Shown: piece after piece, positions 10,625-22,839 of the stretch
How the letters are laid out: every line of letters begins with the position of its first letter
How positions within the stretch are numbered: position 1 is the stretch's first letter
NCBI GenBank assembly: GCA_963735805.1
Contig: CAVTMK010000002.1
Span: forward strand, 1,120,001-1,184,000
Origin: an uncultured Verrucomicrobiae bacterium
GTDB taxonomy: Bacteria > Verrucomicrobiota > Verrucomicrobiia > Chthoniobacterales > UBA10450
Direction: 5' to 3'
Length of the DNA: 64,000 nucleotides
Program-made: the position numbers and the translations under genes
The notes under the pieces: model-generated
Seen by the model: the letters and a program-made list of their open reading frames with translations, nothing else
What the model was told of the DNA's origin: nothing
Databases searched by the model: none

Positions 10625-11833
10625 TTAAACAGGACGACCGCGCCTGGCATGATCTGCGTCTTGCGCCAATTGGTTTAAGAGCGCGAAGAACGCTGGCGAT
10701 TGACCAATGAAAAGTCCCATGTTCGTTAGGAACTGGACGACACTCATGGCGACGCCTTCCGTCTTAGTCGGCCGAATGACTGAACAAATCGGGAGGCTTG
10801 GATCCAAAAACGGGCATGGTTCCGGCATGATCAGGCTCTTATTCAGGGTCTCGTCGTCTACTTCCAGATCAGGAAATGTCACCGAAACGCCAGTGACTGG
10901 ATCAACCGCAGTCAAGGGCGGCGCATTGCCTGCCTTGTCCGACCAGGTTTGGAAATGCATTGTTTCCGTAGGACCAATGCTGATCAGAATTCGCAGGGCC
11001 TCCTCATGAGTGGCCCTCAGGGCCATTGAGGGATAGAGGCTGTTGCCACCTTGTTCAATCGTTGCAAAGTGGAAAGCCGCGGTATTTGCAATCGCCTGTA
11101 GGAAATTAGAGTCACTTGTGTCGGCGTCGGTCCTGGGAATTGCTGTGTGTTGGTTAACTCCTAACGTCGGGACGGCCTGCGGAAAGGCAAAGTTCGGATC
11201 AAGATCCGGGTTATGGTCGTCGATGCGGTAGCGCGTCCACCAGCTGGTATCTATGGTGAGTTGCGTCAAATTAGTGAGACGCAAAATTCCGCTGGATCCG
11301 CTCGCAACGCTGCCCGGTAAAGTGCGAAACGGTTCAAGATCTACAGGGGCCGCTCCCTTGGAGTCCAGATACGCGTTGAGGAAGGTGTGGTGAGTGATCT
11401 CATCGTCGGTGTTGTCGTGGATGTAGATAGGCATGTCTTCGTCAAGCACTTCAATGGCCTCTGTGTAGGCTTCGTTTCCGGTGCCACCAGGGACTTCATC
11501 ATCCTGCACGCCCCCAAGTTCGTTGTATTGGATCCAAAAATCGGCCTCGAGTATTTCTGCCGCCGCTGCGAATCGGAGCAGCGCTGCGTCTCCTGCTGTC
11601 AGACCACCACGGGTGCGAGGCACTGGCAGAGGCCTTGTCCCCCCTGACATGGACGCATTGGCCAGCAGTCCGGCGCTAATGGTTCCCATTCCTACTGCCA
11701 GCGATTTGCCTAGGAAGGAGCGGCGACTGATAGAATTTCTCCGAGGTATCGCTCTCTTGACCAAGTTGTTCTTTGGAGAATGATCCTCGCTCTTACCAAC
11801 ATCATTTGCTTTAGAATTGATGATTGCTTTCAC
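10625..11833 (-). CDS. Tat-exported ferritin-like domain protein
   Basis: SRRSFLG Tat motif; AEILEADFW, DEITHH and TETMHF di-iron-like ExxH motifs. Confidence 0.78.
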   Translation of the reverse strand: MKAIINSKANDVGKSEDHSPKNNLVKRAIPRRNSISRRSFLGKSLAVGMGTISAGLLANASMSGGTRPLPVPRTRGGLTAGDAALLRFAAAAEILEADFWIQYNELGGVQDDEVPGGTGNEAYTEAIEVLDEDMPIYIHDNTDDEITHHTFLNAYLDSKGAAPVDLEPFRTLPGSVASGSSGILRLTNLTQLTIDTSWWTRYRIDDHNPDLDPNFAFPQAVPTLGVNQHTAIPRTDADTSDSNFLQAIANTAAFHFATIEQGGNSLYPSMALRATHEEALRILISIGPTETMHFQTWSDKAGNAPPLTAVDPVTGVSVTFPDLEVDDETLNKSLIMPEPCPFLDPSLPICSVIRPTKTEGVAMSVVQFLTNMGLFIGQSPAFFALLNQLAQDADHARRGRPV

Positions 11834-11969
11834 GCATGGAGAATCGCAGCGAGTCAGGTTGTGCGCTGCTCGGGAAAAGTTACGCGTTTGTTACCGCACA
11901 AGGATGCAATGGTCTCTCGGTGACCTGCGAAATCGCAGCAGTCGCGACGCTGCTGTGATATGCAAAAAA

Positions 11970-12042
11970 TGGAGCCTACGGGATTCGAACCCGTGACCTC
12001 CTCAATGCCATTGAGGCGCTCTACCAACTGAGCTAAGACCCC
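11970..12042 (-). tRNA. tRNA-Ala(GGC)
   Basis: Reverse complement GGGGTCTTAGCTCAGTTGGTAGAGCGCCTCAATGGCATTGAGGAGGTCACGGGTTCGAATCCCGTAGGCTCCA folds as a cloverleaf with anticodon GGC. Confidence 0.96.
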
Positions 12043-12186
12043 GGTAAGAAGTTTAGATTGTAGGTTTCACATTACAGATTGCAAATCTGAGGCATCGAAC
12101 GGAATTCATTCTGATTCTGTCTAAATGTCTCAGACAAAGCTTGCAACAAAGTGCATGTCATGATGTTTAATGGGCAAAGGAAGTTA

Positions 12187-13179
12187 ATGAAGCTTTCGAG
12201 ATTCCGCTTGTTCTGGTCGGCCGCGGTGGTTGCGGCCGGCGTTTGCACCAGCACAGGTCAAACTAATGGACCTGCACTCCAAAACGCTCCTCGTGTAGCA
12301 CCGGCTAATTCTGTTCGAGGGAGTAACGTCCGTCCCCACAATTCAAATCCATCATTTGTTCCCCGTAGACCGCCAAACGTTGGTCAGCGCTCACCTGGGA
12401 CATTCCCGAATCAAATTCAAAATCAGGCGGCTAATTTTCGGGCGAACTATCCGCGGTCGAGTCGGCGGCTGAATCCAACTGTTGCAGGGATGGGCGTTTG
12501 GTACCCCCCGCGAACCTACAATGTCCAACCAACCGGCGACGCACTGCTGCCCCAGAGCGAAATCGCGCGGACCGTGCTACCGGTCACGGATCCTCAGGGC
12601 ACCGTGAAAACCGACGATCTAAAGCCAACCACCGGCGTGCTGGCGAAGCAGGGGGTATCGGAAGGCTTGGAAGTAATCGACGCACAACGCGTCGCAAAAA
12701 ATGATACTGTCGAACCTACGGCACGTGATTTGACGAACGGTCAGGTCAGGCGGCACAAGGGGAAGCTGAACGGTCAAGCTGGGAAGAATCGTTTTAGTTA
12801 TTCCGATGCTCTTCGTCGTAATTGGCATGAATGGCACAATCGCGATTGGTGGAAACAACATTGCAACACAGTTGTGTTTGTCACCGGAGGATATTATTTC
12901 CTGGACGCGAGCTATTGGTATCCGGCTTGGGGTTACGATCCGTCTAACAGCTATTACGATTATGACGGGCCCATCTACACCTATGGCAATCTGCTTCCGG
13001 ACCAGGTGATCGCAAACGTTCAAGGAGCTTTGCAAGAAGCAGGTTATTACTTCAGCGCAGTAACCGGGTCGCTGAGCGTGGAGACGCGAGCCGCTCTTCT
13101 AAACTTCCAGCGTGACCAGGGACTGATTGCTACCGGAGCGATTGACGAGCCGACCGTCGAGGCGTTGGGATTGTACTAG
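12187..13179 (+). CDS. Secreted protein with low-complexity N-terminus and C-terminal peptidoglycan-binding domain
   Basis: Signal peptide; C-terminal VQGALQEAGYY..G.L...TRAALLNFQRDQGL..TG.ID..T...LGL is PG_binding_1-like. Confidence 0.8.
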   Translation: MKLSRFRLFWSAAVVAAGVCTSTGQTNGPALQNAPRVAPANSVRGSNVRPHNSNPSFVPRRPPNVGQRSPGTFPNQIQNQAANFRANYPRSSRRLNPTVAGMGVWYPPRTYNVQPTGDALLPQSEIARTVLPVTDPQGTVKTDDLKPTTGVLAKQGVSEGLEVIDAQRVAKNDTVEPTARDLTNGQVRRHKGKLNGQAGKNRFSYSDALRRNWHEWHNRDWWKQHCNTVVFVTGGYYFLDASYWYPAWGYDPSNSYYDYDGPIYTYGNLLPDQVIANVQGALQEAGYYFSAVTGSLSVETRAALLNFQRDQGLIATGAIDEPTVEALGLY

Positions 13180-13320
13180 AAAAAACTTTCGCCAAGACTG
13201 CGGTTGGCTCGATACATCGAGGTACGGTGCCGCATAACTACAACAGACGCGACTGGCTGTCTCCTAACCAGTCAGGATTCGCTTGATCGTTACGCCGACC
13301 ACGTTTTAGGAAAGGTATCT

Positions 13321-14403
13321 ATGAGTGACCTGAGTTTTCAAAATAATGTGCCGGATCCTTTATTGGCCGGGAGAGAATTACCGACTTTCAAATTCGAGCT
13401 CGAAAAATCCAGCGGAAAAGTCCTCGGAAATAGCTTTGGCAAGGAAGCGACCGTAGAACAACTTCCCATCGCAAAGAGAATCGCAGGAGTATCAATGCAA
13501 CTCGAGCCGGGCGTAATGCGTGAACTTCATTGGCATGCGACGGCCGCGGAATGGGCATTCGTTCTCAAAGGTCGCGTTCGCACAACAGTGATTAATCCGG
13601 CCGGTCAGACCGAGACTAATGACTTCGAACCAGGCGACGTCTGGTACTTTCCACGTGGCCACGCCCACGTGCTTGAGTGTCTCGGTAACGAACCGACCCA
13701 TTTTATTTTGATCTTTGACAACGGCTATTTCTCAGAGTTTGGCACGTTTAGCATCACCGATTGGATCGGACATGCACCCAAGCAGCTGCTGGCAAAAAAC
13801 TTTGATCTTCCGGAATCGACGTTCGATCACTTTCCAAAGGAAGAAGTTTATTTTGCTCGTGGTGTCATTCCGCCGGAACCAATACCCGAAAACCTTCAGG
13901 GGCCGCGATTCTCGCCGCCGGAAACGCACAAGTTTCGAATGCTCGCCGGCGCGCCGCACGGAATTTTCAAAGGAGGGCGTGAATGGCGCGTCGATTCAAC
14001 GCGGTTTCCAATTTCGACAACGCTTACCGGCGTAATTCTCGATCTTGAACCAGGTGCGCTGCGTGAATTTCATTGGCATCCAAATGCCGATGAATGGCAA
14101 TACGTCATCGACGGCGATCTAGGTGTGACAATGTTCGCGTCGCACGGTCGATTTCGTTCAGAGCAACTGCACGCCGGAGATGTCGCCTATATTCCACAAG
14201 GCTTTGGACACTCGATTGAAAACCTGGGGAGCAAACCGAGTCGGATGCTGATCGGTTTTAACACCGGAACTTACCAGGCAATTGATCTTTCTGCGTGGAT
14301 TGCCGGCAATCCGGTTGATGTTCTGGCGACCAACTTTGGTATGCCGGCTTCCTTATTCGCGAAGTTTCCCCGCAAGGACGTGTTTATAGCGCCAAATCAA
14401 TGA
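13321..14403 (+). CDS. Oxalate decarboxylase-family bicupin
   Basis: Two cupin motifs, RELHWHATAAEW and REFHWHPNADEW, plus FSE in the lid region. Confidence 0.88.
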   Translation: MSDLSFQNNVPDPLLAGRELPTFKFELEKSSGKVLGNSFGKEATVEQLPIAKRIAGVSMQLEPGVMRELHWHATAAEWAFVLKGRVRTTVINPAGQTETNDFEPGDVWYFPRGHAHVLECLGNEPTHFILIFDNGYFSEFGTFSITDWIGHAPKQLLAKNFDLPESTFDHFPKEEVYFARGVIPPEPIPENLQGPRFSPPETHKFRMLAGAPHGIFKGGREWRVDSTRFPISTTLTGVILDLEPGALREFHWHPNADEWQYVIDGDLGVTMFASHGRFRSEQLHAGDVAYIPQGFGHSIENLGSKPSRMLIGFNTGTYQAIDLSAWIAGNPVDVLATNFGMPASLFAKFPRKDVFIAPNQ

Positions 14404-14587
14404 CGTTTCATCAGCTCAACCACGGCGCTGCGCCACTGTGCCTCAGTGAGTAATGCCCGCAGGGCACCTCGACACAGCGGGCCGCTACAGTTGTAAGATG
14501 CCTCCTAACTATAGCCCCCGCGCTCTCAAAGATTTGCGACGGTCGTAGACCGCCGTTACAGGAGGAACTGTCAACCAACTCTGAGCC

Positions 14588-16282
14588 ATGCAAAAATTGA
14601 TCGAATGCGTACCGAACTTTTCGGAAGGCCGTGATCAAGACGTCATTCGACAGATCACCGATGCAATTGTGTCTGTAGAGGGTGTTTCGCTTTTGGATGT
14701 CGATCCCGGTGCCAGCACTAACCGGACCGTGGTGACGTTCGTCGGCAGTCCTGATGCAGCGGTCGAAGCGGCATTTCGCGCTATTAAAAAAGCGGCGGAG
14801 CTAATCGACATGCGCAAACACAAGGGAGCGCATCCGCGCATGGGCGCGACTGACGTTTGTCCGTTCATCCCGGTAAGCAACGTGAGCTGGGATGAAGCAA
14901 TTGCCTGTGCAAATCGTTTGGGAAAACGTCTCGGCGATGAATTGAAAATTCCGGTCTATTTATACGAAAAAGCGGCGAAAAATGGATCGCGCTCGAATTT
15001 GTCGGTGATTCGCGCAGGTGAATACGAAGGTTTCTTCGAAAAAATAAGACAGCCCGAATGGAAGCCAGATTTTGGACCCGGTACATTCAATGAAAAATCG
15101 GGGGGAACTGTAGTCGGTGTTCGCGATTTTCTCGTTGCTTACAATGTGAATCTGAACACGAAATCGACGCGGCGCGCGAACGCGGTTGCGTTTGATGTGC
15201 GAGAGCAGGGGCGGGTAAAGACCGAAGACGGAAAACCATCGGGAAAAGCAGTGTTGGATGCGAATGGCGAGCCGATTCGAATTCCCGGAATGCTGAAGCA
15301 CGTCAAGGCAATTGGCTGGTTCGTCAGGGAATACGGGATTGCACAGGTCTCGATGAACCTGACCAATATCGAAGAAACGCCGTTACATGCAGCGTTCGAT
15401 GCGTGCTCTGAGTCGGCGGCCAAACGTGGCCTGCGCGTGACTGGCTCGGAGATTGTCGGCATGGTACCGAAGAAATGTCTGGTCGATGCGGGCCGTTACT
15501 TTCTTCACAAGCAACGATGGTCGGAAGGGGCTTCAGACGAGGAACTGATCGACACCGCCATCCGGTCGATGGGGTTGAGTGAATTGAAGTCTTTCGACCC
15601 AAAAGAAAAGGTGATCGAATTCAAAATCGAAGCTGCCGAGCGAGGGAAATCTCTCGCAAAAATGAATCTGCGCGACTTTTGCAACGAAACTCTAAGTGAC
15701 TCGCCCGCGCCAGGCGGCGGCTCCGTCGCAGCGCTGATGGGGGCGTTAGGCGCCTCATTAGGAGGAATGGTTGCGAACTTGTCCGCCGGAAAACGCGGCT
15801 GGGATGACAAGCTCGAATATTTCAGCAACTGGGCTGTGAAAGCGCAGCAACTCAAAGACGAATTGCTCTCACTGGTGGACGAAGATACTGCTGCGTTCAA
15901 CAAAGTAATGGACGCCTTCGCTTTGCCCAAAGGGTCGTCTGAAGAGAAGGCTGCGCGAGCGACCGCAATCGAAGAGACAACCAAATATGCGGCCGACGTG
16001 CCGCTAAGGGTCATGGCAACGGCGTCGAAATCCTACGAATTGCTCGCTGAAATGGCTGACAGAGGAAACCCGGCCTCCGTTTCCGATGTCGGCGTGGGCG
16101 CGCTGGCTACACGCGCGTGCATTGAGGGAGCCGCGCTAAACGTGAGAATCAATCTCTCACAATTGAAGGACGTAAAATTCAAGGCTGCGCTTGAGGAAAG
16201 AATCCGAAATATCTGTGCAGATTCGGCAGCCAAGTTCAAAGAAATCAGCCAGGCAGTCGAAAATAAGTTAAGCAAATCGTGA
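14588..16282 (+). CDS. ftcD: Bifunctional glutamate formiminotransferase / formiminotetrahydrofolate cyclodeaminase
   Basis: [25 protein letters not shown], and C-terminal [12 protein letters not shown]. Confidence 0.93.
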   Translation: MQKLIECVPNFSEGRDQDVIRQITDAIVSVEGVSLLDVDPGASTNRTVVTFVGSPDAAVEAAFRAIKKAAELIDMRKHKGAHPRMGATDVCPFIPVSNVSWDEAIACANRLGKRLGDELKIPVYLYEKAAKNGSRSNLSVIRAGEYEGFFEKIRQPEWKPDFGPGTFNEKSGGTVVGVRDFLVAYNVNLNTKSTRRANAVAFDVREQGRVKTEDGKPSGKAVLDANGEPIRIPGMLKHVKAIGWFVREYGIAQVSMNLTNIEETPLHAAFDACSESAAKRGLRVTGSEIVGMVPKKCLVDAGRYFLHKQRWSEGASDEELIDTAIRSMGLSELKSFDPKEKVIEFKIEAAERGKSLAKMNLRDFCNETLSDSPAPGGGSVAALMGALGASLGGMVANLSAGKRGWDDKLEYFSNWAVKAQQLKDELLSLVDEDTAAFNKVMDAFALPKGSSEEKAARATAIEETTKYAADVPLRVMATASKSYELLAEMADRGNPASVSDVGVGALATRACIEGAALNVRINLSQLKDVKFKAALEERIRNICADSAAKFKEISQAVENKLSKS

Positions 16283-17529
16283 AGACACTGGCTGTTCTTC
16301 ACGCTTCGCAATTAGTCACACTGGAAGGCCCAAAAATGCCGCGTACCGGGCCGGATATGGCTGAGTTGGGCATCATTCAGAATGGCGGAATGCTGATTCG
16401 CGATGGCAGGATCGAGGACGTGGGTACCAGCGATGAGATCCAGAAGAAGGCTGGCAATGCGGACGTTATCGACGCGCGTGGAAGAGTCGTCCTCCCTGGA
16501 TTTGTCGATGCGCACACGCATTTGGTTTTTGCGGGGAATCGCCTGGACGATTTCGAGCGGCGTGCGCGCGGAGACACTTACGAGCAAATCGCCAAGGCTG
16601 GCGGTGGGATCTGGTCCACGGTTGAAAAGACGCGGGCAGCCAGTGAAGCCGACCTTCTCGTTGAGGCAAAAAAGCATGCAGACTGGTTCCTGTCCTTTGG
16701 AACGACAACTGTGGAGTCCAAGTCCGGCTACGGCCTGTCGCCTGAAGACGAATTAAAGATCTTGCGGGTTATGAGGCGACTTCGTCAGGAGACGCCGCTG
16801 GAAATTGTGCCGACGTTCCTCGGCGCACATGCGATACCGCGCAAAATGCAACCAAATGAATACGTCGATCTTGTTGTTGACGAGATGCTACCGCAGGTGG
16901 CTTCGGAGAACCTTGCCGAATTTTGCGACGTATTTTGCGAGCGTGGCTACTTCGATATCGAACAATCGCGGCGGATTCTCGCTGCAGCGAAGAACGTTGG
17001 ATTGAAACTGCGAATTCACGCTGATCAACTTAGCAATTCGGGCGGGGCAAGGCTGGCTGCTGACTTGAAGGCGACAACGGCTGATCACCTGGAGAAGACG
17101 GACGGGCAGGGAATTGCGGTATTGAAATCCGGCGGCGTGCAACCGGTATTGTTGCCGGGTTCAGTCTATGCGCTCGGGTCCACGCGGTATCCACGGGCGC
17201 GAGAAATGATCGAGGCTGGCCTTGCCGTGGTGATTGCGACTGATTTCAATCCCGGATCGTCGCCGACGCCGAGCATGCCGATGGTTCTATCGCTCGCTTG
17301 CACACAGATGAAAATGACGCCAGCAGAAGCGATCACCGCATCGACGATCAATCCAGCCTATTCACTAGGTCGCGCTGATCGGATCGGTTCAATCAAGTCC
17401 GGTAAGGCGGCGAACTTTTCGATTTTCGACTGTGAGGATTACCGGGAACTGGCGTACTGGTTTGGATTTCCGCAGGTACAGTCGGTGTATGTTCGCGGTA
17501 AATCTGTTTCAGGGAGCGGCGGTCTCTAG
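16279..17529 (+). CDS. hutI: Imidazolonepropionase
   Basis: [32 protein letters not shown] and ATDFNPG motifs. Confidence 0.95.
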   Translation: MKTLAVLHASQLVTLEGPKMPRTGPDMAELGIIQNGGMLIRDGRIEDVGTSDEIQKKAGNADVIDARGRVVLPGFVDAHTHLVFAGNRLDDFERRARGDTYEQIAKAGGGIWSTVEKTRAASEADLLVEAKKHADWFLSFGTTTVESKSGYGLSPEDELKILRVMRRLRQETPLEIVPTFLGAHAIPRKMQPNEYVDLVVDEMLPQVASENLAEFCDVFCERGYFDIEQSRRILAAAKNVGLKLRIHADQLSNSGGARLAADLKATTADHLEKTDGQGIAVLKSGGVQPVLLPGSVYALGSTRYPRAREMIEAGLAVVIATDFNPGSSPTPSMPMVLSLACTQMKMTPAEAITASTINPAYSLGRADRIGSIKSGKAANFSIFDCEDYRELAYWFGFPQVQSVYVRGKSVSGSGGL

Positions 17530-17609
17530 TCCGCGAGTGGAGTGGCAAAAACGACTTTTTGTTTTCTCAGCTGTTGGTGAAAGGGGTGCCTTGCTTTAGC
17601 CTTGCTCAA

Positions 17610-17993
17610 ATGAAAGGCATGGATGCTGAGAAAGAGCTTTTGAATCTGGAAAATCAATTCACGGCAGCAGTCGTCAAAAATGATCCGGAAACAATCGAGC
17701 GATTTGTTACTGATGACTGGATCATCATCAACGCCGATGGAGGAATCATCGACAAGGAACGCTTTCTTGGAGTAATTAAATCGGGCACTCTAACTCACGA
17801 GTTGATGGAGTCTGATGACACTCGCGTTCGCGTCTACGGAGAGAGCGCCGTTGTCAGCGCGCTTACTCGGACAAAAGGGAAATTTATGGGACAAGAGTTC
17901 AGCACAAACGAGCGCTCGACAGATTTTTTTGTGAGGCTCGATGGACAATGGCGGTGCGTCCTAACGCAGCTTACTCGATTTACGAGAGCATAA
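17610..17993 (+). CDS. NTF2-like (DUF4440) protein
   Basis: Short alpha+beta pattern; VRVYGESAVV and DFFVRLDGQWR motifs. Confidence 0.8.
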   Translation: MKGMDAEKELLNLENQFTAAVVKNDPETIERFVTDDWIIINADGGIIDKERFLGVIKSGTLTHELMESDDTRVRVYGESAVVSALTRTKGKFMGQEFSTNERSTDFFVRLDGQWRCVLTQLTRFTRA

Positions 17994-18051
17994 GCCATGC
18001 GTCATTCGAGCAGATTTTGCGGTGCCTTCAGAGCGCCCTTACAGTGAGTTT

Positions 18052-19389
18052 ATGAAGGTCGAAGTGGAAAAGCAGCCCGGATCCGTCTCTACGCTGCAAA
18101 TTGAACTGCCGCCGGAGGAAGTGTCCAAAGAATGGGATACAATCGCCAGCAGCTTTGCGCGTGTCGCCAAAATTCCGGGGTATCGACCAGGCAAGGCCCC
18201 GCGCGCGGTCATCGAGAAGAGATTTCGCAAAGAAATCCAGGAGGAGTTGACCAAAAAGCTCGTCTCCAGGAGTTATCATGAAGCAATCGAGCAAGAACAG
18301 TTGCGTGTTGCTTCGCTGGCTAATATCGAAAACGTCCAGCTAGGCGAGGACAAGTCGATGCGGTTTCGTGCGACAGTCGTTACCGTACCGGAATTCGAAC
18401 TGCCCGAATACAAGAACATTCCTGTGCAATTGCCGGAGACGAAGGTTACCGAGTCGGAGATCGATGCTTCACTTGAGCGTTTGCGCGAGCAATCCGGCGA
18501 CTTCGTCGATGTTCCAGAGCGTGGCTTGGAAATGGGCGACTTTGCCGTGATCGATTTTGAGGGATCGAGCGACGGCAAGGCAATCAGTGAAATTGCGCCT
18601 CAGGCGAGCAAGAACCTTCACGGCGGCAAAAAATTCTGGTTGCGCCTGGCGCCCGATAATTTTCTGCCGAAATTTTGTGAACAAATCGTCGGTCAGAAGC
18701 CAAACGAAACGCGTGCGATAACCGTTGATTTCGCGACGGATTTGCCAGTAAAGGAACTGTCGGGAAAACAGGCAAATTACAATGTCACTGTCCGTGAGAT
18801 TAAGCAGCAAGTGTTGCCGGTTTTGGACGATGTGTTTGCGGCCAAATTGATCCCTGGAAAGACGCTTGCCGATTTGCGGCAAATCATCGAACACGACCTG
18901 GCGCACGAGAAGGAGCATGAGCTCGAACGGGCAAAAGAAGGGCAGCTTGTGAAATACCTGCACGAACGGATCCAGTTTGAGTTACCTCCTCCTTTACTGA
19001 AAAATGAAACGCGTCGCATTCTGGCAGATCTGGTGCAGCGAAACCGGCAACGCGGTGTTACTGATGAGATGCTGAAGGACAAGGAGAAGGAGCTTATCGA
19101 AAGCGCCGCCGGACTTGCTGCTCACCGGTTGAAGACCAACTTTATCCTGCATCGCATTGCCGAGCTCGAAGAGATCAAGGTTTCGCGGGACGACATTAAC
19201 GCCCGACTTCGCGAGGAAGCGGCCCAGTATAACGTTCCTGTGGAAAAAATGCGCAAGGAATTGCACGAACACGATGGTCTGGACGCATTCGCAGAGCAGA
19301 TACTGCTGGGTAAGACTCTTGATTTCCTGAAGGCGAATGTTAGCATCGAGGCAGAGCAAGAACCCGCTGTTAAGGAAGAAAAATCATGA
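18052..19389 (+). CDS. tig: Trigger factor
   Basis: [10 protein letters not shown] ribosome-binding motif; lies upstream of clpP-clpX. Confidence 0.96.
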   Translation: MKVEVEKQPGSVSTLQIELPPEEVSKEWDTIASSFARVAKIPGYRPGKAPRAVIEKRFRKEIQEELTKKLVSRSYHEAIEQEQLRVASLANIENVQLGEDKSMRFRATVVTVPEFELPEYKNIPVQLPETKVTESEIDASLERLREQSGDFVDVPERGLEMGDFAVIDFEGSSDGKAISEIAPQASKNLHGGKKFWLRLAPDNFLPKFCEQIVGQKPNETRAITVDFATDLPVKELSGKQANYNVTVREIKQQVLPVLDDVFAAKLIPGKTLADLRQIIEHDLAHEKEHELERAKEGQLVKYLHERIQFELPPPLLKNETRRILADLVQRNRQRGVTDEMLKDKEKELIESAAGLAAHRLKTNFILHRIAELEEIKVSRDDINARLREEAAQYNVPVEKMRKELHEHDGLDAFAEQILLGKTLDFLKANVSIEAEQEPAVKEEKS

Positions 19390-20087
19390 GTGTGTCGAAC
19401 GAAAATCTTTCCCAGGTGCTGATTCCAATGGTGGTGGAACAGACGGGCCGGGGCGAGCGCAGCTACGATATCTACTCGCGACTGCTTAAGGACCGAATCG
19501 TTTTTATCGGAACGCCGATGGACGATCACATCGCCAATCTGGTCATTGCCCAATTGCTGTTTTTACAAATGGAGGACTCGAAAAAAGACATCAACATCTA
19601 TATCAATTCGCCCGGTGGCTCAGTTACCGCGGGCCTTGCGGTCTATGACACGATGCAGTTCCTCACATGCGATGTGACTACCTATTGCCTCGGAATGGCC
19701 GCAAGCATGGCTGCGGTCCTCCTCTGCGCAGGAACCAAAGGTAAGCGTTTCGCGCTTCCAAATTCCGATATCATGATCCATCAGGTTTCCGGAGGCGCGC
19801 AGGGCGCAGCGAGCGACGTGGAACGTCAAGTGGATTATATGTTCAAGCTGAAAAAGCGCCTCATCAAAATCATCGCGCAGCACACCGGCAAATCCGAAGA
19901 ACAAGTACGGACCGATTCGGATCGCGATTATTATATGTCCGCCCAGGAAGCAAAAGCGTACGGTTTGGTGGACGAAGTGATCAAATCTCGCAAGGAGGTG
20001 AAGCTACTCGATGGGGCGAATCCTCCCGCAGGCGATCGGTCGGTGGAAGTGGCTGAAACCGCTTTGCCGCGTAAAGTCGGAGCATAG
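19386..20087 (+). CDS. clpP: ATP-dependent Clp protease proteolytic subunit
   Basis: [26 protein letters not shown] and MIHQ motifs. Confidence 0.97.
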   Translation: MSVSNENLSQVLIPMVVEQTGRGERSYDIYSRLLKDRIVFIGTPMDDHIANLVIAQLLFLQMEDSKKDINIYINSPGGSVTAGLAVYDTMQFLTCDVTTYCLGMAASMAAVLLCAGTKGKRFALPNSDIMIHQVSGGAQGAASDVERQVDYMFKLKKRLIKIIAQHTGKSEEQVRTDSDRDYYMSAQEAKAYGLVDEVIKSRKEVKLLDGANPPAGDRSVEVAETALPRKVGA

Positions 20088-20105
20088 GAGAGCTTCTTAA
20101 AAAAT

Positions 20106-21386
20106 ATGGCTCGCGCTTCCAACCTCACCATGTGCTCGTTTTGTGGCAAGAGCCATGCCGAGGTTCGCAAATTGATTGCCGGACCAGGTGTATACATTTG
20201 CGATAGTTGCATAAACGTCTGCAAAAGCATTCTCGACAAAGAGCTCAACGAAGATGCACGCCGCCAGTCCTCCAACATTCGTGTGCCCAAGCCGGCGGAA
20301 ATTCGACGCGCCCTCGATCAGTATGTCATCGGGCAGGAGACGGCGAAGAAGACATTATCGGTAGCTGTCCACAACCACTACAAGCGTGTATTGCAAGCTT
20401 CCCAACCAGCTGACGCTTCCGCCGCGTTCCAGCCAGATCCGTTTGCTGACGTTGAGATTGAGAAGAGCAACATTCTGTTAATTGGTCCAACCGGCTCTGG
20501 GAAAACGTTGCTCGCCAAGACACTGGCGCGGATTCTCGATGTCCCTTTTTGCATCGCTGATGCGACGACACTGACCGAAGCAGGCTACGTTGGCGAAGAT
20601 GTTGAAAACATCATTCTGCGCCTCCTACAGAATGCGGATTACGATGTGAAACGGGCGGAGATCGGAATCGTTTACATCGATGAAATCGACAAGATCGGCC
20701 GCAAAACTGATAACGTGAGCATTACTCGCGATGTTTCCGGCGAAGGAGTGCAACAGGCTCTATTGAAAATTTTGGAGGGTAGCACGTGCAATGTCCCGCC
20801 ACAGGGCGGACGCAAGCATCCACATCAGGAGTACATCCAGGTTAATACTGAGAAAATTCTTTTCATTTGTGGCGGCGCATTCATTGGGCTCGATAAAATC
20901 ATTCAAAAACGTATCGGTCAAAAAGTGATGGGATTCGGCAGTCCGACGCTCGAAGTTGAGGATGCCCTGCGAAAGCAAGCGGTTCGCCACGTGGAACCGG
21001 AAGATCTGCTGGCATTTGGAATGATTCCCGAATTCATCGGGCGATTGCCTGTGGTCAGCTCGCTCGATGCGCTGACCGAGGAAGAAATGGTCGCGATTTT
21101 GACTGAGACAAAGAACGCGATGGTGAAGCAGTACACCAAGCTTTTCTCAATGGAGGGTGTGCGTTTATCAATGACCAAAGATGCCTTGCGCGCTCTGGCG
21201 GCGCAGGCAGTCACCAAGGGAACAGGGGCGCGTGCGTTGCGGTCAATGCTGGAGCGGATCATGCTCGACATCATGTACGAAGTGCCGAGCCGCGAAGACA
21301 TCGCCGAGGTCACGATCAATCGTGCGGTAGTGGAAGGGAAAAAGCTTCCGCTGATTCGCAAGAAGCAGGACAAGAGCGCGGCGTGA
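20106..21386 (+). CDS. clpX: Clp protease ATP-binding subunit
   Basis: CSFCGK zinc finger, GPTGSGKT and DEIDKI. Confidence 0.97.
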   Translation: MARASNLTMCSFCGKSHAEVRKLIAGPGVYICDSCINVCKSILDKELNEDARRQSSNIRVPKPAEIRRALDQYVIGQETAKKTLSVAVHNHYKRVLQASQPADASAAFQPDPFADVEIEKSNILLIGPTGSGKTLLAKTLARILDVPFCIADATTLTEAGYVGEDVENIILRLLQNADYDVKRAEIGIVYIDEIDKIGRKTDNVSITRDVSGEGVQQALLKILEGSTCNVPPQGGRKHPHQEYIQVNTEKILFICGGAFIGLDKIIQKRIGQKVMGFGSPTLEVEDALRKQAVRHVEPEDLLAFGMIPEFIGRLPVVSSLDALTEEEMVAILTETKNAMVKQYTKLFSMEGVRLSMTKDALRALAAQAVTKGTGARALRSMLERIMLDIMYEVPSREDIAEVTINRAVVEGKKLPLIRKKQDKSAA

Positions 21387-21414
21387 AGCGGCAATCTGGC
21401 CGCGAAGTCACAGG

Positions 21415-21503
21415 CGTTAAAGATTACATTGTTGAACGGGTTGCAACGTCATAACGGCAACCAAGCGATTTGTTCGTTTTAACTTTGTAAGGCTTTTAAC
21501 GTT
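21415..21503. repeat. Degenerate GTTAA/GTTAC short-unit array followed by its inverted TTAAC array
   Basis: cgttaaag attacatt gttgaacg ggttgcaa ... tttaact ttgtaagg cttttaacg; resembles 54630-54748. Confidence 0.5.
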
Positions 21504-21513
21504 TCATTCTGCT

Positions 21514-22749
21514 ATGCGCGTCATCCTCGTTAACACGGGCACCGAACTCTTGCTCGGCGATGTACAGGACGCACACCTTGCATTTATCGCGCGCGAGATT
21601 TTTCCCCTTGGATTGCGCATCGAAGAGCGCCGTACGGTTCCCGACACGGACGCAATTCGGCAGACGCTGGCTGACTTACTTCCACGTTGCGAGATCCTTT
21701 TTGTGACCGGCGGTCTCGGTCCAACCAGCGACGACATAACGCGCGAGATGGTTGCCGATCTGCTTGGATTGGAGCTCCAACAGTCTTCAGATTTAATTGC
21801 TTCGCTCCGGCAAAGACTTCGAGTGCGGGGAATCAAGTGGACTCCTGGCATTGCGCGACAGGCTGATGTTCATGCAGGCGCAGAGGTTCTGCCGAATCCG
21901 AATGGCAGCGCGCCGGGCCTTTATTTACGTACGAACATCAATTCACGAATTCAATCTCCACATCTTTTTTTGTTGCCCGGGCCTCCACGCGAGCTTCAGC
22001 CTATGTTTCGGACATTTGTCATACCGATCCTGCGCTCGATTGTCCCACCTTCGTCGGTGGTTGAGCGGCGCCTCTATAAGATTGCCGACAAGGGCGAGTC
22101 ACTGATCGAAGAGGCCATAGGCCAACGTGTGCTTGCAATACCGGGAATCGAGTTGGGCTATTGCGCCCGTCCGGGCGAAGCGGAAGTGCGCATCGTCGGC
22201 AAACCCGGGGTGATCGAACAGGCAGACGCCATTGTCAGATCGACGCTAGGACCCTCTATTTTTTCTACTACGGACGAAGCGCTTGAGGAAGTGGTCGTAA
22301 AACTGCTGACGCAGCGCCACCAGACGCTGGCCGTTGCAGAATCGTGCACTGGAGGATTGCTTGCCAATCGCATCACGAACGTGCCTGGTGCATCGGAGGT
22401 TTTTCTCGCCGGCTATGTTTGTTACGCGAACCAGGCCAAGGTCAACATGTTGAAAGTCGACTCACAACTGATCGAGAAGCACGGTGCGGTGAGCGAGGAA
22501 GTCGCGCGTGCGCTGGCAGAAAAAGCCCGCACGCGTGCAGGGGCCGATTATGCTCTCGCCACGACGGGCGTTGCGGGACCGAGCGGCGGCCTGCCGGAGA
22601 AACCAGTTGGTACCGTTTATATTGCTTTCGCTGCGGCGAGCGACACGATCGCGAAGAAATTATTTTTCCCTACTGACCGGGAGACTTTTAAGCAAATCGC
22701 TACGCAGGCTGCGTTGGAGTTGCTACGCAAAAAATTGATTGGCACTTAG
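21514..22749 (+). CDS. cinA: CinA family (MoCF-like domain + NMN deamidase PncC domain)
   Basis: GTELLLG, TGGLGPTSDD, AESCTGG, HGAVS and TGVAGP motifs. Confidence 0.93.
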   Translation: MRVILVNTGTELLLGDVQDAHLAFIAREIFPLGLRIEERRTVPDTDAIRQTLADLLPRCEILFVTGGLGPTSDDITREMVADLLGLELQQSSDLIASLRQRLRVRGIKWTPGIARQADVHAGAEVLPNPNGSAPGLYLRTNINSRIQSPHLFLLPGPPRELQPMFRTFVIPILRSIVPPSSVVERRLYKIADKGESLIEEAIGQRVLAIPGIELGYCARPGEAEVRIVGKPGVIEQADAIVRSTLGPSIFSTTDEALEEVVVKLLTQRHQTLAVAESCTGGLLANRITNVPGASEVFLAGYVCYANQAKVNMLKVDSQLIEKHGAVSEEVARALAEKARTRAGADYALATTGVAGPSGGLPEKPVGTVYIAFAAASDTIAKKLFFPTDRETFKQIATQAALELLRKKLIGT

Positions 22750-22839
22750 GCTTACAGGCTCCATGACTCGCGGGTTCGTGACCTGCTTCGTTGTGATTCA
22801 GTGGAGTGCTACTGCGCCGAGCCCACAGACTACGCTCTA